Assembly (NCBI GenBank): GCA_001949185.1
Contig: BDGG01000002.1
Location: 5,074,448-5,138,447, forward strand
Direction of reading: 5' to 3'
DNA from: Ramazzottius varieornatus
Lineage: Eukaryota > Animalia > Tardigrada
Length of the DNA stretch: 64,000 nucleotides
Shown here: positions 28,691 through 41,268 of the stretch, in pieces
How the letters are laid out: each line of letters opens with the position of its first letter
Position numbering within the stretch: the stretch's first letter is position 1
Program-made: the position numbers and the translations under genes
The notes under the pieces: generated by a model
What the model saw: only the letters and a program-made list of their open reading frames with translations
Told to the model about the DNA's origin: nothing
The model's database searches: none

Positions 28691-31505
28691 TTAGACTTTG
28701 AAAGGAGCATCGTCTTCTATCAAAATATCACCGGCTGAACGGAGCCTTCGCGAATCTTTGGCTCGTTGGAAAGCTTGTTTTGATCGTTGTCTTGTGGCCA
28801 TCTGATGCATTTGAGCTTCGAGGACTTCCAGGTCTAAGGTGAGCAAACGGAAGGCAGTGCTGTAGTTTTGGGTAAATTTCGTCATGTGTTGTTCCAGAAT
28901 CTCCAGGCTGTTCTCGCTCTGGTTAGCAATTTCCGCAAAGTTCCGGTTCAAACGTTTGGACTGAACCGCTGCTTCCTCGTCTATCAGTTTGTCTCGTTGG
29001 AGAATCTGCTGTGCCCGTTCGAGCAGGCTTGTTTGGACAGCCGGATACTCCTGCAGCATATCAACAAGCTGACTCGCAGATAAAAATGGGCTTGGTTCAT
29101 TAGACGCAGTTCACCTTTAACGAGTCCCATAGGTCCTCCTTGGACAAGGAAAACAGATCAGCATAGCCCACCGCGCGAACGTTTGCCGTCCGCCGATTGC
29201 CATTTTTGGAACCGGGAACGTTGAGGATGCTGAGTTCGCCGAAGACAGTTCCTGCGCCAAGAGTAGCGAACACTTTGGTTCCATCGTCGCTGACCACGTT
29301 CAACTTGCCTCTCTTCACGACGTACATCTGCCGACCGATGTCGCCTTTCCGACAAATGTAATCATCTGGACTGAATGGCTGCAGGCATGAAAGAGATATC
29401 AGTACAGATGGCGAGGTCTTATCGTTAGCTTACAGCTATTACATGTGTAGTAATCACGGAGAAGACACCCATGTACCTGGAATCTTAGTTTGAGCACTAG
29501 TTCCTCCAGAAATTGCTCGTCAAGTTCGTGGAACAACTTCACTTGTTTGAGCACGCTGATATGGACAAAGCGAGCAATCTCCATTCGCAGTTTCTCCGGA
29601 AGTAACGTGAGCACGGACTCTTCGTCCAGGTCTTGCTTGGTCGACCAGATGTAATTGAACCACCGGGTGACCCGAGAATCCATATCAGCTCCCACCTGAA
29701 AAAAGCGGGGATTACCACCGTTTGGTTCTCTGTGGGGGAAAAACCATCCAAAAGAATTTTCGTCCTTTAAATTTTGCCTGTTGGCTGTTTTGAGTTCTTG
29801 ATTGATTAAGTATTGAGAGATTCAATCTGCGACATCGATTAAAGCCATTTTTAACTGTCTTACTTTGTGGACTTGTAAGTAGCCTTTCACGCCCTCTTCT
29901 TTCGACCGAAAGATGTCACGCTTTTTGTTGATGTCCAAGATCATCCGACTTATCCGCGCCACAATGGTGGCAAAGACCAACATACCCACCAGGATGACAG
30001 CACAATGAAAAATATGCTCGGCGGTGGTGGTGGGGTTGTTCATGTTGGGAAGAATGGAGGTGAGCATCATGGCAGACCAGTAAGTGCAGAAGCTCCATTT
30101 CTGCCAGAGGGTATCCTGCTGGTGATCGGTTGTGTTGGTGCGCCAGCGGGCGGTCGCCGGGTAGACCCATACGTCAGATCCTATGCCAATTTGTGCGCTG
30201 ATGAAGTAGTACAAGCAGCCGTTGATGTGCGTCAGGATGGCAAGGATCGCGATCTGCAAGAGGAAGAATATAATGGCATGACGGTGTAAACGTCAGAAGG
30301 ACACGAGCGATGATTAGGAGGGAAGGCAAAGTGAAGTGTGCATGTAACATGCGACGAATCCCTTTTTGCCTCATAGCAATTGTGAGGGATGTGCAAGTAC
30401 CGAAAGTACGGAAGGATCGTGTTGTTGAGTGCTCTTGAAAAATCAATTTAAATTGACGATCGATCGAATAAACGTCCGATATAAAACGGCATACGTACCA
30501 GCACGCCGATGCGGATCAGGATAGGCGAGGAACTTCGGGTCTCCGCACGATAAATAAACTCGGAAAGACGGTGCATTCGGAACAATCGGTTGATCCGAAC
30601 AATGGGATATGGGACTCGATATCCAGTGAAGATGAAACAGATGTCGGTTGGGAGAAGACTGAGGATGTCGAGCTTTGTTTTGGAGCTGGTTCTGTACTTG
30701 TGCCATAGCCTTCGGGGTTCCCTGAGCACAATGCCATTCTCCAAAAAACCTAAAAGAAAAATCTATCGTCAACTATACCTTTAGATATCTTTATTTGCGA
30801 TGTTATCACAACCGGTTTGCCGTAGAGAATTTCGGAGGAAGGCACAATGGGCTGTTGCGAGAAATACTTTACCTGATAGAAAGCTGGCCACCATATCGCA
30901 AACGTAAATGAAATCACAGGTATAATCCAGGACGGTAAACGTCGTTCGAAAGCCACAGTCGTCCTCCAACTGTTCATAGACAGCGCGAGGAAATATCAAC
31001 AGAAGGTTGTAGATGACAGCCAGAGATATCACAGCTAGCCAACGATAATTCCATTTGGACCAGGGTTTCAAGACCCATTTCGGGTTGAATCTGCAAAGTC
31101 CGAAACAAGAACTCTACAGTTTCATAGTTGTCGAGTAGAGTGCAGTTCAGTCCGGATTCAATCACATTGCTCGGACAGATTAAGGATTGCTGACCTCAGC
31201 CCATATTTCAGTGCGTAAGGATCGTTGACCACTGGCTCCGCATATTCAAGATTAGCGAGCTCTTCTGCGGCAACTGGATCCACCGAAACCGAAACGCTCT
31301 CCGGTCCACTATCATTGACCCGCCTTCGATTTCTTCTTGGATTTGAACTCTGTAAAAAAGCTCGTATTTGGACATTTTGGATGTACAGGTTTGTTTTTGA
31401 GATTGAGCGTACCTGGAATAACCGTATAGCCCAGGCAAGTCCATAGAATGAAAGTCGTCCGGACCGGAAAAGTCTCGAAACGCGGAAAGATCCTGGCTTC
31501 GTCAT
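28691..31505 (-). CDS. Cyclic nucleotide-gated channel alpha-like subunit, divergent pore (CNG-1)
   Basis: S1 [19 protein letters not shown]4 [15 protein letters not shown]-linker [55 protein letters not shown], and a C-terminal leucine zipper. Start is uncertain. Confidence 0.93.
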
Positions 31506-32730
31506 AAGCTCCACGGAATTTGTAGCCGTTGAGAGAGAGAAACAATCAACCGCATTTTCGGAGTACTTACTTACTACTTTACATTCGTGCGCAACCTGCT
31601 AGATCCTCACCTTGTTTGAAATCAAGGCGCAAACAAACTACTGGAGTCACTAAGGGCGAAAGCAACCGAGAACCTTCGGGGCACCTGTGTGGTTCCGCAT
31701 CAGCGCATGCCTATCATGTCTGCTCTTTCCGAGACTGCAGGCTGGTGAACAGAGGATGATTGATCATGATGCCATCCCGTAATCAGCTTGACGAGTGAGA
31801 CCTCAGTGGTAAGCTGCAGCAGACACATGGGTCGCCGTGTCGAACTTGTAGAGTTTTATTGATTTGCAATGTTCAGGATATGTTGAAGTCGGTAACAGCT
31901 TTCAGGCCATGTTAGCTTACGTCGTAGGTAAACAGGCATCCATGTTCTGCAGAATTGATCGAATTGCGCTAAAGGTAATCTACCGGGCATCGACGTAATA
32001 ATGGCCTGTGGGTGAGGGCCGGGCATTAGGTGGGTTCTCCGCGCATCGAGCGGGATTCCCACTCCTCGAGCAACAGCATATGCTGAAACCGTGGTACTTC
32101 AAGGACCTGGTACCAGTGCAGAATGTCATGACCTTTTGATGTGGTCCGAAGCGTAATACTGATAACGTTGCATCATCCTCGAGTGCGTATCTTGTGAGCT
32201 CAGGCTCCGGTTAGATGACGGAACCTCGAGATACTATCATTAGTATCCAGCGAATGCACACTTTCAGAGTACTTATGCCTTGGGACTTTGGAGTCGTCAT
32301 CAGATATGGAACGTCGGCAAATGAACTGAAGAACATCGTCACTACCAGTGGTGCACGTCTGCACTACTGCTGCTAAGCGGAATTGTGCGGGATTTGGCAA
32401 ACAGATACGACCATTGCGTTAAAACCACTTGCCGACGTCCCAAACAATACTGTATCTCATTTGTGAAGTTGTTTGGCTCGTTTGGTACAGAATATGTCGG
32501 CAGGATTTTCGAAATTTTTTTTATCAGCAACAAGGTGGTTATGACGAACCCATCCATGGTGTAGACGGGATGATATGCACGAGCAACACATGTAGCAAAT
32601 ATAACAAGCAAAATAGCGAAGTTTGAACGAAAGCTTTGTCGGTCCAATATCCAGCTGAACATCAATGGAAGGCATACGAAAAGGACAGAATGTCTGTAGT
32701 TCATCATGCAATGAAGGGAATATGATTATT

Positions 32731-35700
32731 TCAGCTCTGCATTAAAATGGCTTTGGGAGGAACAATGCCCTTGTAACTAGCCATCAGATTGGCCAGTCTT
32801 TCAGCGAGCTTCCTGTTGATCTCGACATCTTCCTTGGCATATATCTCCAGTCTGGCAGTGATAATATCCAGACTTTCCTCAAGCTTGTCAGCAACGGCCT
32901 CAAAGTTCCTCTGTCGCCGAGCTTGCTCTCGCGCGACTTCCTCATTGATGAGGTTATCCTTCTGCAGAATCTTCCGGGCCTTTTCCATTAACAAATCTTT
33001 CACCTCCGGATACTCAGCAAGACAGGCATCAAAATCCTCTTTTGAAAGACTGAACAAATCAGCGTAGCCGACAGATCTTACTGTCACTGTGCGTCGATTC
33101 CCGTTCACGCTACCGGGAACGTTCAGAAGACTCAGTTCGCCGAAGACTACACCGGCTTTCAACGTGACAATGACTTTTTCTCCATCAGCTGCTATCACGT
33201 TCAGCAGCCCACGCCGCACCACGTAAATCTCTCTTCCGATATCACCACGCCTACATACGTAGTCTCCGGGACAAAAAGCCTATAATAAATGACAAGCATC
33301 TTTGGTTGATTGAAAGCTAATTAGATAATCGTTAAACACATAATCACTTGTACAACATATTCACTGCATGTAGTAACCAATGTAATGACCATTTTACCTG
33401 GGGCTTCAGTTTTTCAGCAAGTTCTAGCAAGAACTGTTCTTCGATGCCTTGGAAGATCGGCACTTTTTTCAGGACGTCGAGATGGACATGCTTGGCGATC
33501 TCCATCCGTAGTTTTTCCGGTAAGATCATCAGTACGGAGTCTTCATCCAGAGACCCGTTGTTCGCCCAGATGTAGTCGAACCACTTCACGACCCGCGCTT
33601 CCATTTCTTTCCCCACCTAAAAGTTGCCGCAAATTACGTATCTATCTTTTCGGAGAAAAAAGAAGAATATATTATCATGACTCGATTCTGCTTACTCTTC
33701 GCATGCTAATGTATTGACGAACAGAGTCCAGATGTTCCTTAAAGTCGTCCGACTTCTTGTTAATACTCTCAATGATACCGTCGACCTCACCGACAATGGT
33801 GGCGAACATGAGGATACCCAGAAAGGCGTCGGCCAGATGGAAAACGAACTGGATGGTACTTGTCGGGTTGGCAAGCTCGTAGGGCTTGGACGTCATCATC
33901 TTGACGGACCAGTACATGCAGTAAGAGTATTTCTTGTACAGAGTGTCGTTGATGAACTCGGCACTCAACTTGATCGGCTTGTGGTGGCCTCCAGCCCCTG
34001 CGCCAGCAGCGTGCTCGTCGCCGCCACCCTCACCATGCTCGCCTCCGCCTACTCCATGTCCACCACCAGAACCATGTCCCGAGTCTTCACCGTGTCCGGA
34101 AGAGCCATGCCCATCCGAAGAATGATGAGAATCTCCGTGCCCTTCCGCAGTACCATGGGCTGATGAGGAACCATGCCCATGGTCGCCGTCACTTCCGGCA
34201 TGGCTGGAGGAATTTCCGTGATCTGACGCAGTTGCGTGCGATCCATGCGAGCCTGCCAGCAAAGTACTGAATATCAGTCACCATTGACCCAGGCGAAATA
34301 ATATCGGATTTTGTACGGCAATCTCGAAAAGTATAAAATCTTAAGAACGAGCCAAGGCTCTTTCGGACAAAGTCCGAAAAATTTGCAAGCGGGTACCTTC
34401 GTGGGGTGCACTGTTGGTTCCATGAGCGTCGTCGATCGAGGCTCCGTGTTCAGTACCATGCAAACCTGAAGAAGAACTTGCATGGCCTGCCGAAGAACCG
34501 TGGCCTCCATGGCTGTCCACGTTGTGGTCCGCGGTATGGTCACCACTATGATCTAACGTCTGGTTGATGTGATCAGAAGTGTGGTCTTCATCCATCATGG
34601 CGATATCGTTCGAGTCGCTCCGTCCCCGCCCGTCATCATTATCCGTCACAGGACGTTCAGTGGCGACGTTGCGACCGGAAGTCGGCGTGCGTGGTAACTG
34701 AGACTGATAACTGCGGCTGTTGCCAGCTGTGCTGGACAAACTAGGGCTTCCGTTGGGATACCTGACTCCCCCACCAACAGGCTGACCTACCCACTGCGAC
34801 GGATCTTCATGTTGTCGTTTTATCCTCCGTATACTCATGCCGACATCTCGACGAGCTCTTCGCCCCGTCTTAGCTTTCTTACTTCCACCCGCATTGTCCT
34901 GCAGATCAGCTTCGTCTGGAGAGTTATGGTGTCCTCTGGGCGAGTGTGAGTTGCTCAGGTCCACCAGTGTCGAACCGTGGGATTCTGCTTTGTCTAACGA
35001 GCCTCCCGAAGGAAAGATTTCGGTACCGTTACCGGATATCAGACCCCCTGTACCATTGACGCGGTCTCCTCCACCGTGGGTGGCAATTAAATCAAATGTG
35101 CCGTTGTTATCATGGGTGAAAATACTGTGTGATAAGTCATCTTCGGTATGGTTCCCTCCATCTGGACCGTGAGTGGAATGCTCCCCATGTCCTTCACCGT
35201 GGTGACCTTCGAGATACCGCCAGCCTGCGCGTCCCGGATACGCCCATCGATCCAGGCCGATTCCCACCAGCGAACTCACAAAGTAGTACACGCAGGCGTT
35301 GAGGTGGACGACCACTATCATGGTCAAAATCTGTAAAGCGGCAACAAATTAGCATCGAATTAAAATGGAGCGCGTGCAAGTGAAATGAACCAGGTCGTTT
35401 TCCCAAGTCGCGCACGCGCCCAGTTGATGCAACGGAGACGGGTGCCACTCGATATAACGATATGGCTCGGTTCAGCTGCCCTCGTCCCCCATGAAATGCT
35501 CCGATTTAAAGACTGATTCGATGAAAATTGGAATGAAGTAGAAAAGAATATATTAATGAGCTCCAATCATGGATCTCTGGGCAAAAAAGTGGGTTATCGG
35601 CGGCCCAATTTGCGGAACAACGGTCAACAGTCGGTAGTCAAATTGTTCAGGAACCGGGTTTTAAGTTTTGGGACCCCGAGGGAAAAGTTAAACTACTGAG

Positions 35701-37186
35701 GCAATCTGGTGTAACATCGAGGAACATGATGCTGGGGTTCATTTGGCCGGCCGTCCGACCAGAAGTCACGTGGCTACGCTAGAATAACCTGAAAAATCTG
35801 GAGTTTGAAGATTTGGAGACATCTTCTGACGACACAGTGACGCTCTAAAGCGGAAGAATGCGCCTGTATCTGTTCGGACACAAAACACCATGTGAGGGTA
35901 TCAGGCTACTCAGTTGGTAATCACCCCAGAACTTTCGGGTAAATTTTCTCCGAGGGGCCGCAAAGAATTTTGTAAGAGTTCTATCTGAGGGGAAGCCAGA
36001 ACTCTAGGGCAGTCGATCGCCTTGAATTGTGTCAAGAACTTCATTTCAAAAAAGGCGTCGTTCTGAGTCAAAAACTTCGTTCTGCAAACTGGGCCGCCGA
36101 TACTCAAAAGTTGTATTCACTATCGCTCCTCTTGCACGGCGATCAATATTGCACATGGGTGTTCGCTCTTCGGAAACCTTGTGGAAAATTTGTCTGTTAC
36201 TGTGTGCGGAGTCTTCGTGGGCAGCTGTTGCGCATGGGACGCGCGTGGCGCTGGTGTGGCGGATAGAGTTGACAAATACATTATGAATAATCGTTGATAT
36301 GGTGCATTCTTTTCCGACACTCTCGCGAGAAGGACTCCTGACACATACCAGATATATAAGACGGAAAGTATTGGGAGAGTCCAGACGGGTTTGAGCACGG
36401 TAGTAAAAGTCTCCAACACGGCCTAGTCGTAGGAGACGATTGATGCGTAGTATCGGCCAAGGAGCCAACCAGCCGGTGTAGATAAACAGAAGGTCCGTCG
36501 GGATAAGGCTTAGCACATCTTTGATGAAAGTTGAGCTCTTAACATATCGCCTCGCTAGTTTCCGAGGCTCTCTTATCAAGATGCCGTTCTCCAAGTAACC
36601 TGTAACGATGAATCTTGAGATACGTCAAGTAAGTTTCACAAAATATATCTGTGTGTCCAGCAGCAAACGAATACCGGTCTTTCACGGACCTGCATACATC
36701 AAACTTACAAGGCTTCAGAGCCTCGAGAGTATGCAGGTGCATGAAATGCAGCAAATCGTGTTTCTTGTGTGAAGTATCACTTACCTGTCGAGAGCTTTAT
36801 CAACATATCGAGTAAGTAGAGTGTATCACAGAGGTAGTCGAGTACGGCAAAGGCATAAGCTTGAGGTCCATCCTGGAACTCGTGAAAAACTGCGCGGGCA
36901 ATGATGAAGATTAGGTTGTACCATACGGCACATGATATTATCACCAGCCATTTGAAATAGATGTCGGACCAGGGTTTTTGTGCCCATTTAGGATTAAACC
37001 TGCAACAGCCCGGTCGTTCGGATATTCAGAAAGTAAAAGCGCGGCCTGAAATGAGAAATGCGGAACTATAGCCCGTGTTTACCTGAAACGTCCATTGAAC
37101 AACAGATAGGGATCTTTCACCAAGGGATCCAGCGTGGTGGTTCCTGGTGGTGGAAGGTCTCGCCGACCTCGACTATTGGGCGCCAT
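32731..37186 (-). CDS. Cyclic nucleotide-gated channel alpha-like subunit with ~375-aa His/Gly-rich turret insertion (CNG-2)
   Basis: S1 YFKWLVIISCAVWYNLIFII, S4 PILRINRLLRLGRV, S5 HLNACVYY, the insert, pore helix YSYCMYWS, S6 FATIVGEV, and CNBD FGELSLLNVPGSVNGNRRTVTVRSVGYADLF. Seven coding exons. Confidence 0.92.
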
Positions 37187-39371
37187 CGTTAGACAAAGTC
37201 CTCAGTTTCGAGAACCTGAAGAGGAAATAACACAATCAATCATTTGAAAGTCAAGTCACTCACGTCCGAATAACTTAGGTTTCTCTTCGGAATACAGAAT
37301 CTTCAGAATACAGTAGAGGATCGTCCAAAGAACTTTGGTCGAAAACTAGAACAAATTCTGATTCTGAAGGACTGCTGTACCGTTATACGAGGAAAGCAGC
37401 TCCTCGTATAATTGAAATGGTACAGATAAAATATCCCGGGAACCTCGGATGGCATTTGTGCGCGCGAGCTTCGACCCTAAATTACTGGTAGCTATTGGTA
37501 GGTTACGAGGGCGAAAATATCCCCAAAGAGACAAGTAGCAATAGACTAGCGATCGGTGGAGCAAAATTAAAGGTGACGATCACATGGCGAATCAAAACCA
37601 TGTGAGATCAGTCAGATCACACTTCACCGACGGCTGTACGCAATCTCCACACAGGAGTACTCCTCCATGCAGTTCTCCAAGGATCTCATTCGCCGGCCTG
37701 CCTGCCTGTTGTCAATATGAAAGATGGAAAAAACTGATCCATACTATGAGTCTGTCATAACCTGCTGCATAAGAAGGCCTCTCCAGATTTGAAGTACAGG
37801 CTGTAGGAGACCTTCTCTTGTCTATCATTGAGCTCTCCTGTCGTCATGGCCGTGAAAATGCAGGATGTACCGATCGAAACCCTTCACATAAGCGACAAAA
37901 GAGCTCGCCTCGCCTGCAGCATGCGGATATGCAGTAACCTTGCACTTGGTGTAAGTAAAGTAAGGCCGGTGCGCTTGGCTAGCTTCACCTGATCCGATCA
38001 TTGGAGTGATCGATATACCAGTTATTACATTAAGGGAGAGCTGCGAATTGTTCCCGACAGCATCGACAACATGACTGATCAAAATCGACAAGCCTTCTCT
38101 TTTTAAATTTAACCCAACGCCAGACGGCCAACATTTGCCTCACTCTTCAGTAGCACTTCTGCTCCTGCTCAGAAACCTGACCCACTATCAACACAATGCC
38201 GAGTCAAGAGTCCGAACGAAATAAATTGCGAGAAAATACCTTATATGGAAGAGACGTGGGGAAGGTGTTTTCAAATATCACAGAGCTTGAATTCCATGAG
38301 CCGAAGAAATCCCGAAAAATTCATTCCGCCGCGCGCGCTTCGACCCGGAAGTAAACATGCAAGAGAGATGAATGCCTGAAATGAATAAGGATAATGTTAA
38401 ATTAGTACCAAGAGACGAATTCGTAAATCTGTGAATATACCTTATTCATTCCCTTCTGCAAAAGTTTGGTACGACTGCAGAATGAAGAACAGCGATCACT
38501 TCGGTAATGATCAGTACTGACAAGTCCAAGATGACATCACGTTTGAATTCCCAACATAATCACAGGTTTAGGCTAACGTGGACCAACCATTTGCTAGACG
38601 GTACTTCCGAAAAAACCCTTTGTGCTTCCCCTACAGCTCTGTAGAAAAAGCGGCAGCTTCCTGGATGATTGATACAGGGACTGTGGATTATGCAGACAAT
38701 CGTTTGTCGTATGCGCACCAACGAGAGGTACTCTCTTCCCGGCTCTCGACGCACCAGCCAGTGACAACTACCGGTGGCAGGTCGCCATCATCAGCTTATC
38801 GACAGGCAGGTTGTCGATGTTTGGCCAGCGTCAACTGCGGGTCTGGCTCAGCTCTCCTTGAATCTCGCACAAGGCGCAACATGTCATCGGAGGATGTCCT
38901 CCAGGTAACCTCTCGCCACCCACTAAGATGTAAAGGTGTGTCTCACTGATCTGTCTTACATTTTACGATCCTCCCTCTGCAACGCAAACGTCAACAGTGA
39001 CAAAACTGTCAATATAGCAGAGGGAAAATCATTATGGCTGTTTACGCATTGACGTTGAATGTCGGGAAAACTCTTGTAATCGATCGATAGTAACATCAAA
39101 CAATAATTTGGAAAGGTGTGCATACACTCGTTCCGTTTAGTAACGTTGCTGACCTTCAGTAGCTCCCACTCACGTCAGAAGGTCGACGCTTACACACGCG
39201 CTCAAACAGCCAAACTCTCTAATCCTGCACCGTAGATGAACTACCCAATCAAATCTAGGAGCACCAATCATTCCAAACAACCCAACTCATAATTTTGAGG
39301 AGCTGTAGCCTGTAGGTAAGAATAACTAATAGAAAACGAAAGACAGCCCAAAAACGGCGTCAGTATCTTAG

Positions 39372-41096
39372 TTAGTCCCAGTCGGTGTTAGCATCTTGAA
39401 CAGAAGGGCCAGAGGGCGTCGTCGTGGGCGAATGCGGAATCAGCTCGGAGACGCGATCCAAAGCGGAACCAAATCCGGCAGTGGAGGAAGCTTGCCCGAC
39501 GAGCGACACCGAGCTCTCGTCCCCCGCTCGGCTTCCCTTCGAAATGCCTTTCCGTAGACCAGCTAGGCGATTCCGTAGATCTTCCATCATGTCTCCGGTA
39601 GGAGCTGAAAGAGATGAGAAAATTTGTCGCAATTCTGACATTCGTAAGTTCAAAATATATAAACAATTACCGGCAGATTTTTCTTCTTGCTTCTTTTTCT
39701 TTTGCGCCATCTTCCGCTCCTGAACACTTCTTAATTTGGCTTTGCCGGTTCCGCCGGCAGCTCGAATGCTCTCCAACAGACTGGCCCGGCCATCCATCGC
39801 AGGTGGTACAGCTGCTGGTGTGCTCACGGAAAGGCTGTTCTCTTTCGGCGCACTATCCATAACCGAAGCTGGAGGAAGTGGGGGTGGGGGCGGTGGCGGA
39901 GTAGCGCTTCTGTATGGGATCGGAGGAGGTGGAACAAGGCTTGCAGTCGGAGGCGGATGGACTTCAGCAGCCGGTACGTCAGGAACCGCAACAGGAACTG
40001 GAGGAACTTGAGCAGGCAGCCTTTCCGTAGCGCACAAGTCTGGTAAAGCCATCCTCGGCGTGTTCTCCAGCACGTTCGGTGTGGGAAGAGACAAACTGGG
40101 AAGAAAGGTCTCTTTCGCTGAGGAGGAAGTTAAGTCGAAGGCGAGGCTTTCGTACGAATCATCGTCGAAAATACCTGCAAAAGCATATCTGGCAGAATCA
40201 TCAATACAGTACGACCGAGTCGAAATTGAGCTTCAAAGATGCGAACCAAAAGGCAAAACAAACAAATATGTACCAGGTAAGTTAGGTAGCATGTTGGGTA
40301 GATCAAAGTCAGCGACTTCCCCGAAGCCAGGAATATAGTTGATTTCAGCTTGACGATCCGAATCGTTTGACTGAAGGAAGTTCGGTGCAGCTTGCATTGA
40401 CGATGTCCTTCCTTCGGACTCATCCGGTTTCTTTGCCTTACTTGGCTTGCTTTGGACATCCACACCCACTGAATCGCTATATGGACTTACCGTAGTGTTA
40501 AATAGCAGAAGAGAGCCCACTGTCTTGACATGCGGGGGAATCTTTCCGAGTCCTTCTCGTCTTGAGGGCTCGTCGAACCGAAGTTCTGGATTTCGTTCCA
40601 CAACGATTGGGTATACAGTCAGTTTCTCACGAGGCAGAATGTCACGCGGGAAAGGGGACAGCACTGGTCGGTGTGTCCGTGACGGAATGGCAGTCCTGAT
40701 GGCAACGAGGTTCGACCTGAATTCCTCGACTTTGTCGAGAGTGGGAAAAGTCGCAGGAGCGAAGACTTTGATGGCTTTCTTGTTACTGCGAAGGTACTCG
40801 ATCTTGGCTTCCACATCGACGATTCTGTTTTGCATTCTCTGCAGGAGCAATATGAATGCATTAAGTTATGTTCAGTGGTAGCGATGTGGCGCGTGAACGG
40901 ATTATAAGAGACGGAAACTGCTTCCGCCTTTTACCTGCAGCCTGACCAGTTGTTCCTTTGCCTTGTCGTCAATACGGTTGAAGATGTCGTCGAAGGCGTT
41001 GTCCATCTGCTGAAGGTAGTTCAAAGTCAGCAAGTACGCCTCTTCCGGTCTGTATCCCGATGCAGTCAGTGGAATAACTCCAAGCGGCGACAGCAT
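39372..41096 (-). CDS. WASHC1: WASH complex subunit 1
   Basis: WAHD domain (KKAIKVFAPA, EGLGKIPPHVKTVGSLLLFNTTVSPY, YIPGFGEVADFDLP), polyproline, WH2 GRASLLESIRAAGG, GDMMEDLRNRL..RKGIS, and acidic DWD end. Confidence 0.95.
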
Positions 41097-41257
41097 AGTT
41101 GCTCCTTGCTAGTATGCTGTCTCTGATGTCCAACTCGTGCGTCGAGGTCCGAAGCCAACAAGATCGTCAGAAAAACATGCCACAGCCCACGCCGATCGCT
41201 GCTCCAGGTTTACCTATATAGACCACCTAGAACCTGGAAAACTAGGTGAATAGTGCG

Positions 41258-41268
41258 GACCGGAAGTG
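41258..41268 (+). promoter_or_regulatory. ETS/GABP-type motif (GACCGGAAGTG) in the WASH1/CSK bidirectional promoter
   Basis: Full ETS consensus between divergent start codons. Similar CCGGAA cores occur at ~12826 (ARF/CARM1) and ~26325 (RMC1/MRPS30). Confidence 0.4.

Noticed and set aside
31550-32730. Several short ORFs between the two CNG genes; possible CNG-2/CNG-1 fusion or readthrough
   Set aside because: CNG-2 ends with a clean stop after its leucine zipper. The intervening ORFs have no consistent frame or motif and are probably UTR, promoter or 5' introns.
33714-35172. Plus-strand ORFs (e.g. Pro/Cys-rich 33934-34125, 34837-35172) opposite the CNG-2 insert
   Set aside because: They are antisense shadows of the Gly/His low-complexity codons, with no independent coding evidence.
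35331-36348. Unusually long (~1 kb) CNG-2 intron, possibly containing a MITE
   Set aside because: No convincing terminal inverted repeats or target-site duplication could be identified by eye.
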